Assembly: GCF_009834535.1 (NCBI RefSeq)
Contig: NC_045696.1
Span: 25,670,001 to 25,734,000, forward strand
DNA from: Camelus ferus
Taxonomy: Eukaryota
Direction of reading: 5' to 3'
Length of the DNA stretch: 64,000 nt
Part shown: in pieces, positions 25,391 to 36,250 of the stretch
How the letters are laid out: every line of letters starts with the position of its first letter
Numbering within the stretch: position 1 is the first letter of the stretch
Translations under genes and position numbers: made by a program
The notes under the pieces: model-generated
What the model was told of the DNA's origin: nothing
The model's input: the letters and a program-made list of their open reading frames with translations, nothing else
Database searches by the model: none

Positions 25391-26681
25391 TGGATAATTG
25401 AGAAAGCTGAAAATATGTTCAGATGCTAAAACAAAAACACAATTCAGATTATTGTATCTTCTTTGAAATGAATGAATCATCATCCAATGGATTTACTCTA
25501 TAGCTTATATATAATTCTGGAATTCATAAGTGAATTTTGTGTTACCAATGCATTTGTGAATAATCAGTTGAAAATATAAAGTTAACTCTAATGCTCTAAT
25601 TTGAAAAATCTGATTCCTTGGTCCTGGCATAACAACTAAATGATTATTTATTCTGCTTTTAAGTATAAAAATGATTTTATAATCATAGAATATCAGCGTT
25701 AGGAGAAAGATCCCACCTGGTAACTTCCTTCTTATTTGTTTGAAAGAAAGGTACAGACATAATTTTTACCTTGTTTTAATTCATACTATATCTTAGTGTA
25801 AATCTTTCTATTTTCTGCTAAATCACATTTTTAAAAGATAAGACCTGATGTAAATCATGATTTTTTTCTCATTCCTTTAAATTGGTACTTGTAGCCCCTT
25901 TAAACAGTCAAGCTATAAAACTACCAGAAACCCCCAGTTAGCAGGAGTGAGGAAGAGAAGGATGGTCAAGCTCAGTGGTGGATAGAAAGGAGGCTTTGTT
26001 TTTGGTTATGAAGAGAAGGTATAATTTGAATTAAAAGAAATCTTCCATAGTCTCTAAAAACAGTATATTCTGTGGCTGCTTAAACTTCATTATTTTTTGC
26101 ATTCAATTAGAAATTGAAAAACCTTGGGAATTAGAATATCCTTTTTCCTGAGAAGTAGTAATTGTAAAGATAAACTTTTATTATGAGTCAAAAACGTTAC
26201 GAAATAATTGAGAGATTTTGATGCAAAGCTAGCATAAAGAGTCAAAATACAAGAAAAGATGTAATTCATCCAGAGTTTTGGGATGAATTGGATTCCCTTT
26301 GGTATTCTTGATCAAAATCAAATTTTTGGGAAAAAAATGGAATTGATATAAAATATCTAGAGAAAACTATGAAAAGAGTCAAAGTTTTCTAAAAACATCC
26401 TTCTCTAAAATGAAAAAATAATCAAAATTTTTTGTGGTTATTAATTAAGAAACAAAATTTCCCCTGTCTATATGTAATTCTGTTCAGTACCTAATACCTA
26501 CTGTGCATATATGAAAATAGAGTAGGTATTATTGTTTTACCCAGGTTTATTAATATTCTGCAGTTGGAACCTGTATATAATTATTGGAAAGACTGCAAAA
26601 AAGAAACTATTTCCAAACTCTTCAAAAGAATTCCCCCTAATTTGCAGAATATGATGTATAAATTATGAATAAGCCTGTAGT

Positions 26682-26740
26682 TATTAGATATTAAATTTAT
26701 TTTATAAGAAGCTATTAGATATTAAATTTATTTTATAAGA
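26682..26740 (+). repeat. Tandem duplication, period 31 bp
   Basis: 'tattagatattaaatttattttataaga' is identical at 26682-26709 and 26713-26740. Confidence 0.95.
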
Positions 26741-27329
26741 GATTTAAAATGTAATTGACAAAAAGTAGGTGGACAAAAGAAAACATGAAGTGAAATCTAA
26801 AATTAAGTTTTATGTACTTCAGTCTTTTTATTGGTAACTTAACTGTATTTAGAAATGGGTAAGTTCGTTTTACCACAGTTGCAGAGAAAATACTAAAGAT
26901 AGACCTTATTAATATCTTAGGTTTTTCTTTAGAACCAATTGAACTTAATTTCATCCATAAAATTAACATCTTTTCAGAAAGAAGTATTGATGAAAATATT
27001 GATCTTTTGACAAAATCCATTTCGTGGAGTAGATTTATGCTGTTGTTCAGTCATGTTAACTAGGTCTCCAAATTATTTTCTGTAGCTTAAGAATTTAAGC
27101 CTAAGTGAAATATAAAAATGAAATAGGAATTTTAGTTATCACTGTAGTGTATTAAATATAAAAATACATTTATCTCCTAAATACATAGAAAACAGGGGTA
27201 ATAGTATATTTTATCTATGTATGCATTTAAGATTGTCTTACAATTAAACTTTTGTTCTCAGGCTCTGTATAATTCATGTAATCCAATGTAATATTTAGTG
27301 TAGCTTTTTTATATCCCTCAATCCAGAAG

Positions 27330-27445
27330 ACTGTTTCTCAGCCTTAACAGAACATACATTCCAAGATTCTGACTGAAGCTAGGGATCTTCTCCTCCAAAG
27401 AAAACCACGAATGTGCACAAATGTTCAAAATTTTGGACTCTCTGC
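27330..27445. mobile_element. Old hAT-Charlie fragment
   Basis: 'tgtttctcagcctt...ctgactgaagctagggatcttctcc...tgcacaaatgttcaaaattttg'. Confidence 0.35.
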
Positions 27446-29155
27446 AGTTATAAACTATCTTGAAGAAACTCCTCTTGATTGAAGTTATAGTAACTTTATA
27501 CTAATGTTAGTCCCAACTACTAATATGAAGTCTTACTTAATAGTGGGTTTTCAGATGATGCTTGATGATTGATTAATTAATAAAAAATAAGCTTATGGCT
27601 GTAAAATATAGATGTGAAGCATTTTATCAGTGTATTTAAAGAGCTCTGAAGTAAGAACTGAAATTTATCTGTTATAGATTATAATTGTGATTATCTTATA
27701 TAAATAAATATTGTTTTGACCACCAGGCCAAATACAAAGAAAGTTGGTGCCAATCAAAAAAAAAAAAAAAAAAGTTAAACTAGAAAAGGAAACATCCTTG
27801 ATATCCACTAGAAAGTGTCCTGAATTCTTCATAGTCTTTGGGAGCAGACGGAGATTTGCCATTTTTCTTTTTCATGGTTCATTCCCTAAGTGAATAAATG
27901 ATCTATTTGTCATCACATAGTGATGGTGATGCTTTATACATAGTGTGTATGTAATAAGCATTGTTTACTGACCAGAAAAGGGACTGTGAAAGTATTAGTA
28001 TGTGGCATCTTTACACGAACATATATAGCAGAGGTTTAAATCTCAAGAATAATATTAAGTTTGGCTACACTGCTACTTCCAACATTTCCAATAACCCTAG
28101 TGAAACTTTCATTTTCAATGGCAGATTATAATATTATCATAAAATTCTAACACATAAGGGCAGACTCCTTAACTGCCTTTTACCAGCTGCCTTTTCCCTG
28201 TGGATTTAAATTTTCTGCCAATGCATTGCATAGTAGCTGTTTTGCAGGTAACTCATGTTCTGAATATTCTGTTAAAAGTGAGTAACTTATTCAGTGCTAG
28301 AAAGCCACACTAGCATTCCTTTAGTTCTTCAATGTAATCCTTAATTTGAAATGAAGTTTGATTGTTTCAACTACAAAAAATAAAGGAGCCTGCACTACAT
28401 CAAGACCTTTAATGGGAACTAATGGGATTTTTGGCATAAAATAGTAGAATTAATTAGATCCAGCAATGCACACTGTTTAACTGCTAGCCTGCCATTTTAC
28501 ACTGATTTGAAGTCATACATACTTAACAAAAGACATTGGGTTGATTGCACAAAGGAGTTGAACACTCTTTTCACATTCACTGTGTAAGTTATTATCCACT
28601 GTGAAAAGATTATTGACTTTTTTAAAGGAGATATTATGGAGAGAAATGATTGCTACCAGGATGACTGGTAGAATTATGTATGAGATAAGTAATAACTCTA
28701 ATTTCTCATCTGCTGAATAAATGGCTTTAATTTTAAAATACTAGTTAGTGAATATGAGATTTCTGCTGAATTGAGCAGAATGATCAAAGCTGGGTTTCAA
28801 ATATAATGGACACTAAAACTGAAGCATAAAACAAAACATTTTATGTATACCTTTGACTATTCACTGATTATATATCACAGATTGTTAATGATGTTTCTTG
28901 TATTTTATTTCTTCCTAAAGGTTGATCCAAAAAAAATTACATATATGTGTCTTATCTTAGATTCATACTAATATGATGTAAAAATGCTCCTGGATTTTAC
29001 ATAAAGGTTGATCATACTTATTGATAATTGATGGCAGTTTAGTTGGAGTGGAGAAAAAGATCAAGTATATCCATGTAAACATAAATAGAGAGTCTAAAAG
29101 TTTCTTGTGTATTCTCCCTAGAGTGTTCCTTTCCCATTATTGCCATTTTCTGTAA

Positions 29156-29218
29156 CAGTGTGCGTCAGTCTTGCCTGATCATTGTAAATACCTGAAACAC
29201 TTGTTATCAAATACAGAT
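29156..29218. mobile_element. MER5-like terminal fragment abutting Tigger element
   Basis: 'cagtgtgcgtcagtcttgcctgatcatt...acctgaaacacttgtta...aaatacagat' resembles a MER5 end. Confidence 0.4.
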
Positions 29219-29219
29219 G

Positions 29220-30075
29220 TGCATCATGCTCAGCAGCCAATCAGTTACTTCTTTGAAATCCTGTCAGTGACTGGTCACCATATACCTGGTATTCAGTATG
29301 CTCACAGACAGCAACAGCAGCTCATGTATTTGTATTGACTCCTTGTCCCCCAGTGATACCCCGTGGCACTGGCAAACGTGGATAACTGAAGGAGCGAACT
29401 GGCCGACAGAGATGAAAGTGCAGCAGAGAAATGAAGGTGATAACACTGGAAGTGAAGCTAACTAAGTGTAAATGAAATTATACAAGAAATAGTTCACCCT
29501 GGGAATGGTGACACTGTCACTATTCAAGAGTCACTGTTCAAGAGATTCCAGATATGCAGCGAGAGGAATGTGGAAGGTGAACTTATCAACATTAGGAAAA
29601 TGGTTGTGATGAAAAGGAGGAAGCTATCCCAGAGGAAGTGCTCTGACAAAGCACTTGACATTAAAAGAATTCTCAGAGATATTTCACAACATTGAAAGTG
29701 TGAAAGATAAAATGTTGGAAATGGATCCAAAGTTAGAAAGGAGTATGACAACTCACCACAATACAACAAAGATACTCACGCCACATCACAAGTTACACGA
29801 TGAGAAGAAAGCAACCACTCTTCAAACTACTCTTGATAAGGACTTTTTACAAAGAAGTAATATGCTTCAATTCTTGATGTTTCCAGTATTTTAAATAAAA
29901 ATTGTTATTTTTATTTCCCTACACATTTATACCTGAGAGTAAGAGAGTTTTTGGCATTTTGACCAAAATTTTGCAGTTATCAAAACACCACAGTTTTCCA
30001 CTTTAATATTATAATTGTTTTGCATGGTTTCAGCTTGCATGGTCTTGCACTAACAGGCAAAGTGAAGATTGCTTG
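29220..30075 (+). mobile_element. TcMar-Tigger internally deleted element (Tigger13a-like), left TIR missing
   Basis: Transposase start remnant 'gatgaaagtgcagcagagaaa...gtgataacactggaagtgaa' joined to an acidic C-terminal region; ORF 29655-29894 'TLKEFSEIFHNIESVKDKMLEMDPKLERSM...DEKKATTLQTTLDK'; right end 'gcaaagtgaagattgcttg'. Confidence 0.8.
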
Positions 30076-30199
30076 CATCTGATTAGGAACAGTTCATTAA
30101 CTAAATGGATAAAGGGGAGGCAAAATATCTGGGAGGGAATGTTAATGGTAACATCTTTAAGTACTTCTTAAATCGTAGTGGTGTAAATCATCTATTCCA

Positions 30200-30652
30200 C
30201 CTTCAGGCTAGCATTCTATAAAAGACAAACAAAGCTCCTGTTTACCTCTTCGGTCTTGTAATATTTCTCTGCTCTTAGTCATAATGTCCTTCTTTCATTT
30301 CCTCATAGTCAGTATGTGACTTTTACCACATGCTCTTGCCTAAGCTTTTGTTTCTCTGCCTCTCTCCACCTGCTTTCTCCTCATAACTTTCAGATATCAG
30401 CTGAGATCTCTTCCTCAGTGAAGCCTTCTGGATATTTCTACATCAACCCTTTCTCTTTATGGTCTCACATAGAATTTTTAATTATACTTTCATTTATAAA
30501 ACTTGCTGTAGTTACAATTTTACATTTAGTAAAATAATTATTTCACTACTGACTGTCTTAACCACTCTGTTGCAAGTTTCTGCATGGCAAATTTCATGTC
30601 TGGTGTGCAAAGCAGGTGCTTGGTAAATATTTGTCAATTTTAAAAAGTGAAT
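30200..30652 (+). mobile_element. L2 LINE 3' region
   Basis: 'ttcagatatcagctgagatctcttcctcagtgaagccttctg...gactgtct...gcaagtttc...aggtgcttggtaaatatttgt'. Confidence 0.65.
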
Positions 30653-30963
30653 ATGAAGACAATATTGTCTTCTCTTCAAAATGTTTTGCTATTTTATCCC
30701 AGCTAACTAATAATTCTAAGAGTCAGATATTTTAGCTCGGAAAGGAATTTTATGGGTTATGTTGCCCAAATGTTCATGTTATATAGGAATTAGAAATACC
30801 CAGCTGATGGTTATTATTCCTAATCAGGGTTTATAAGTGCTTGACTATTCAAGATTTTTCTTTGTAGCTCTTGTAATGGCTGTGCTTAGGTAATTATACG
30901 AGCATTTGGGGGTGTAAAAATAGAAATATTAGCAAGGGGAGAGAAGGGACTGAAAATGCAGAG

Positions 30964-30964
<1 letters not shown>

Positions 30965-31003
<39 letters not shown>
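30965..31003. repeat. (AC)19 microsatellite
   Basis: Read directly. Confidence 0.97.
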
Positions 31004-31005
<2 letters not shown>

Positions 31006-31040
31006 GGTTGCACACAGAGAAGGTGTCAGCCGAGGGAGGC

Positions 31041-31447
31041 TGATGTGGGGTTCTACGAGGTGAGCGGCCCAAACGAAAAAATGCACGAGGAGTTGCCATA
31101 CTGCTGGACAGACTTCAGCTGGAGACACCATGGGGTTAACAATACTTTATTGCCACAGGGAGGTGCCTCTATGATGCACCTGTCCTGCTTTTATCTGTTT
31201 TCTGTCAGCACATGCGTGGTCTGAGTTTATTTGTTCATTAGGCTTACAGAATCTCTCTAGCACATGCGTACTTCTATTTTCTTTGTTCTAAATCTTATAT
31301 AATTGACGCATGCATGGAGCAATTATTTACTGCATACTATAAACATGCTCTGATCGTGGCCTTGGGTCCCACGGCTGTAACTCATCTCAATGCTCCAGTC
31401 GTGGCCTTGGGTCCCACAGCCTTAACTCATCTCAAGACCAGCTCACA
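31041..31447 (-). mobile_element. Young ERV solo LTR (~407 bp), probably ERV2/ERVK class
   Basis: TG...CA termini; flanks ggaggc (31035-31040) and gaaggc (31448-31453) form a 6-bp TSD with 1 mismatch; minus-strand AATAAA at 31146-31151 with a TATA-like AGATAAAAG ~40 bp upstream; internal U3 tandem repeat; CpGs retained. Confidence 0.75.
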
Positions 31448-31489
31448 GAAGGCAGTAGGTTAATATTTGTTGTTTCTCCTAATTCTCAA

Positions 31490-31685
31490 AAACTGCATTT
31501 GAAACATCACATAATACTCTTTCAACATATATCCTGTTAGATAGTTATTTTTCCCTATTTACTTTTGTAGAAAATAGGATTTAGAGACTTTAACTAATTT
31601 GTGCAGAGTTATAGAGCCAGTGCATGCTTTATAAAGGATTTGGTCCTGGGTCTGTTTGGCTCCATAATCCATGCCCTTCCTCTCA
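31490..31685 (-). mobile_element. MIR SINE
   Basis: 'ccctattt...ttagagactttaactaatttgtgcagagttatagagccagt...ggatttggtcctgggtctgtttggctcca'. Confidence 0.7.
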
Positions 31686-32477
31686 TTCAGGCTGAGTTCT
31701 AAAGGAAAGAGACCCTGGTGTTAGTTTGTGTCACTATAGAGATGTTTTCTTCGTTGGCACATATTCTTTTCTTTGTCCTCTTTATTTTTGGCTAATTTTA
31801 GTTTCAATCCCTTTTAAAACTCCCATCTCTTCCTCTTGTCTTCCATTACTATTTTAATCTCAACAGAAAATTAAAACTGAGCTTCAAATTTGACATGACA
31901 TTGTATAATAAGTAGCCTGTATTTTAATTGTTTATATGCTGGAAATTCTCAGGATCTGAAAACCAATCAACCAGAGGCCTCACTGACCTAAGACTATCTT
32001 GTTAAGCTATTAAGAAAACCTGGCCCAAGTACATCAGTGAGAACGTCCTCCTAAAGCAAAGTATTACACTAACAGCTCATCTAATATATATGAGATGTAT
32101 TTATACATATCTCATGTATTTCTTAAATCATACCTATCTGGTGTCCTTGTAGTTGAAATGGCAACATACAGTTTGATGGTAATTCATTTGAAAAAGAAAT
32201 ACAAATAAAATTAAATTAGCATTAAATCAATACTCATTTCATATTGCAAATTGTTCTAGGAATTGAAATAATCTAAACTCAGAGCCAGTTATTTGAGAAA
32301 GAATTATATTCTTACAGTCTACCTGCACACAACATTACACCTATTCTTATAAATTCCATACCCTTCTCCACCAAAAATGTTCTACGGTGACAACTAAGCC
32401 AAACCTTGCCTAGGGATTGAGAGTGGAATAGACTATCCCGTCATAATTTCCCTCTCCACACCACACACAAATTCCTC

Positions 32478-32668
32478 GAATTCAGATCCTGTTCTGAGAT
32501 TAACAAAATCTGTAACCATTCCTTAGCTCCTCTTTCTGTAGCAATGATAATACTATGAGCACCTTCTTCATAAGATTGTCACGAGGAGCAGTGGACATGA
32601 TGTATGTAAGGAGCTTAGCACAGAGTCTGGGACTAGAGAAGTGCTCAGGAAACATTAGTATTAGTTAA
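32478..32668 (+). mobile_element. MIR SINE
   Basis: 'ctgtagcaatgataatacta...cataagattgtcacgagga...atgtaaggagcttagcacagagtctggg...aagtgctcaggaaacattag'. Confidence 0.75.
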
Positions 32669-33422
32669 TTTACTAAGATGTTGCTATCTCCCTGCTCCTA
32701 GATATTTCTTCTCATTGACAGGACACCTCTACCTCATTGTTTCTAGATGTCTCTTACTAGTTTGAACAATTGGCTTTAATGGAAACAGACTACCAAAATG
32801 GCTGCTACAAAGTCAACATTTCAAGATGATGAAACCTGGGCATTTGATGAGTGTCAGAACGTAATGCTAATTGGTCAGAATCTTTTGATGTACAATTATG
32901 CCTTTTAAGTGACCACTGATAGACCAGTGCTACATATTGATGAAAGTTATATGTGGAGGCATTATGCCTTATCTTAAAAGGTTGTTGATCTTCACATCTA
33001 AATTAATATAGATCTGTTACAAGCAATGTTATAAATAATTTTTGTTCTAAATTTTTACTTTCATTAGAGTCAGGGTTAGAGAAGGTATGGAGAAGGAGGA
33101 AGCCACCGAATTGAATTCCAATCAGTGAGTCTCAATCAAATTCCTGCTCTAACATTTATCTTTTTAACCTTGCATATATGTATATTAGAGCTGGAAAACC
33201 CATATGTCTTATCAGTAGAACTTAATTCTGTCCATTTATTTTTCATAATTTTCCGGGAAATAAAGCTTTCAAGATTTTAGTCTCCTGTATTCTCATATCT
33301 AATATACATTTTTCCATTTTGTCTTTCCAATCAATGTATACATAATGACTGAGATATAGTCTACCATTATTTGATCTAGGAGACTAGTAAATTGTCTTAA
33401 AATTTTAAATGATGCCTTAGGC

Positions 33423-33760
33423 CAGGAGTAGAAAAACTTTTTCTGTAAAGGGCCAGATTGTAATTATTTAGGTTTTGTGGGCCACATGGTCTCTGTCACA
33501 ATTATTCAACTCTACCATTGTAGCATGAAAGCAGCCATAGACAACATGTAAATAAATGGATGTAGCAGTGTCCTAATACAATTTTACTTATGGACACTAA
33601 AAATTGAATTTTGTATAATTTTCACATGTCACAAAATAGCAACCTTGTTTAAGTTTTTTCCAACCATTCTAAATGTAAAAGAAGCTTTTTAGCTTGTGAG
33701 TCACACAAAAACAGACAGCTGCCTGGATTTGGCCCATGGGCCACAGTTGGCCAAAGCCTA
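33423..33760 (+). mobile_element. MER58B hAT-Charlie element, near full length
   Basis: 'aaactttttctgtaaagggccagattgtaa...gggccacatggtctctgtcaca...gcagccatagacaa...tggacact...ggatttggcccatgggccacagtt'. Confidence 0.9.
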
Positions 33761-33949
33761 CCACAGCATTATTGGTTATTTTTCTCCAGAGTGTAAGGTT
33801 TAAATTTGTTTCAGGAGCCACTAAAACCTCATGTAGAAGGAGATACCACACAACCCTTAGATGATAAATTGAATGTGACTTCCTGCAGTATAATTGTAAA
33901 TTCATCTTTTGGTATCCACAAATGCTCTACATGCATTTTATTCAACATA

Positions 33950-34170
33950 CATTTAACCCTTGAACAACATGGGTTTGAACTGTGAACCTCTGCTTGTATA
34001 CAGATTTTTTTCAATAGTAAATATTACAGCACTACATGGTCCACTGTTGGTTGAATCATCAGTTGCAGAACCACAGATACAGAGGAATTACATACACAGA
34101 GGGCCAACAATAAGTTATACTCTGATTTTTGTTGGCACACCTAACCCCCGCATTGTTCACTGGTCATCTG
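33950..34170. mobile_element. Tigger2-family non-autonomous MITE
   Basis: TIRs 'catttaacccttgaacaac' and 'attgttcactggtcatctg', flanked by TA at 33948-33949 and 34171-34172 (Tc1/mariner TSD). Confidence 0.88.
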
Positions 34171-34457
34171 TATATTTAAAAGTGGTAAATGAGATACACA
34201 TTTTCACTCACCCTCAGGAGTGATAAATCTGGTGACTTACCTACCAGCCAATAGTGACTAAGGCAGAGACTTGGCTAAATGTGTGTGAAATAATATATTT
34301 GCACGTCCAAAACCCCCAAAGTATTTAGGTCTATGACAAGTGTCTGATAAGAAGAGCAATTAGCATATATTTGATTGTTTACATTGTTAGCAGATTATTT
34401 TCAGAAACCATATGTCATTTGCTTTCTACAAGTCTCGTGATACCAGTATTGTGTGTG

Positions 34458-34460
<3 letters not shown>

Positions 34461-34520
<60 letters not shown>
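34461..34520. repeat. (AT)30 microsatellite
   Basis: Read directly. Confidence 0.97.
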
Positions 34521-34522
<2 letters not shown>

Positions 34523-35019
34523 CAGGAAGGTAACTAAGCACCCAGATAGCAACTCTCAATTGCAATAAAAATAAATCTAATGTTGACAGCAACTTAGAAC
34601 AAACCTGAAAAAGTGATTATCAGGCTTCTGTTTTAAATCAGTCCAAGTAGAGGACAGAATTAAAGGAACAGTTTTCTTTTATCTCACCAACCCTCCCTCC
34701 TTATTTGCAAAAGATTCCCATTCTATTACCAGTAAAACAAAAGGGAAGGAATAAAAAAGAGAAGTGTTGGTTAAAAACAAAAAGAACTCATATCTGTTAC
34801 CTAGATTATGCCAAGCAAATAATATTAATAATAAAAATGGACTTAGGGCAAAATATTTGGGAGAAAAGGAAAGCATCTCTTCAGCAGTCTACCTCCACTC
34901 GGCACAACACATTGTCATAAGTACTGCCCCTCCCTGCTTCTACCTGAAATGGTGTACGGTGCTAGCTGAGACTGCCCTACTTAGCTCTTACTATAACAAA
35001 TATATTTTTTAAAGTTCTT

Positions 35020-35165
35020 TTTATCTCTCTTCACAAATCTGTTATAACTATTTACCAGTGGGGGACACTGAGGCTCAGAGAAGTTAACTTGTATAAGTTT
35101 ATATATTTAACAGAGTGAGAGAGGACTTGGACTAGAACGCACTGTCTTCAAATACCAATTTAGTG
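35020..35165 (-). mobile_element. MIR SINE
   Basis: 'ggggacactgaggctcagagaagttaacttg...ggactagaac'. Confidence 0.75.
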
Positions 35166-35559
35166 TCAAATTTTATAACAAGAAATTAGACTATGAAATT
35201 ACAGCAGTTTGACATAAAAGTTATTTCTTTATATTATATATTATACCTACTTTATGTATGAATTTATAATAACAAGACAAATGATATAGCGCATCTATAT
35301 AGTGAAATATTTCTTAGTAATCTTTATCTGAACCTCTTAAGGATAAAAACATCTATTATTCGAGACACAAAAATGTCTGCTAATATTTCAATAGTAGGAG
35401 CTTTGATATAGTGCAGTTCAATAAGTCTTTTTCCTCTAGCAAGCTAGGGGACCTAAGAGAAAGTTTAACAATGGTAATCAAAAGAACCTGAGGGAAGAAC
35501 ACTGATCCTATTATAGCAAATGATTAGTACAGGTGGACCTTTCTCCATGTTCAGTGTTG

Positions 35560-36250
35560 TTGGTAATCCTTAAATAATCAGGCAACTGCTTAGAGAGCAA
35601 GAAAACGTCCAGTCGAGCACCTGGGTGTCAAACATTTATACATGCTTGTAGGCCACTTTTGATCTAGCCGCCCAACATGCCAAATGTCAGTGGCTTCGCA
35701 TAGGTTAGGAGGAAAGCACCTCATTAGAGCATGGCTAGAGTTTGCTCGGTGTCAAAAGGCACAAAGAATCCCGTACCCTTAGATGCAGGGTGGCTGTTTC
35801 TCTGTGCACTGTGCTTGCCAGTATTTTTGAGTAGCCCAGGTCCTTTATTGTCTACATGCCTATAAATTACTCTTTTTCCTTTTTCTCTTTAAAAAGAACA
35901 TCGCAGTGGCTTCGTTTTTTCAAGCAGAACAATATAAATTACTGTTTAATGGCCTAGGATGCCATTATATGAAGGAGCAGCCTGCACTGGCAACTCTAAA
36001 TTACACTTGGAGTTCTTCAAGGAGTTAATGACTGGTGGCTACATGCTGTATACAGGGGCAATCAGCAAGAGATAAGGCTGCATCCTGGCTCACAGGATGT
36101 TGTGCAGACAGAAGCATGCTGTCTGATTGCCTTCCCTAACCTTCTGTTCAGCTCTGTTCCCCTTGCTATTGTACTGCCGATGCAGCAATTAGTTTGCGAA
36201 GGGCTTGGGGAAAAAAATGGGCTCACAAGCGAACTCATTTTCTTTTTTTT
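35560..36250. promoter_or_regulatory. Candidate conserved non-coding element/enhancer
   Basis: No recognisable repeat, more GC and CpG than the flanks, duplicated motifs (GGTGTCAAA x2, CAGTGGCTTCG x2, TATAAATTACT x2), GATA site AGATAA. Confidence 0.4.

Noticed and set aside
31354..31435. CRISPR-like 37-bp direct repeats
   Set aside because: Only two copies with an 8-nt gap, inside a mammalian LTR, with no cas genes.
34401..34592. ORF with YIYIYI run (also VCVCVC ORFs at 9511 and 30886)
   Set aside because: Translations of dinucleotide microsatellites.
36059..36069. CAATCAGCAAG matches the start of miR-34a-3p as I recall it
   Set aside because: Only 11 nt match; the miR-34a-5p arm (TGGCAGTGTC...) and pre-miRNA hairpin are absent.
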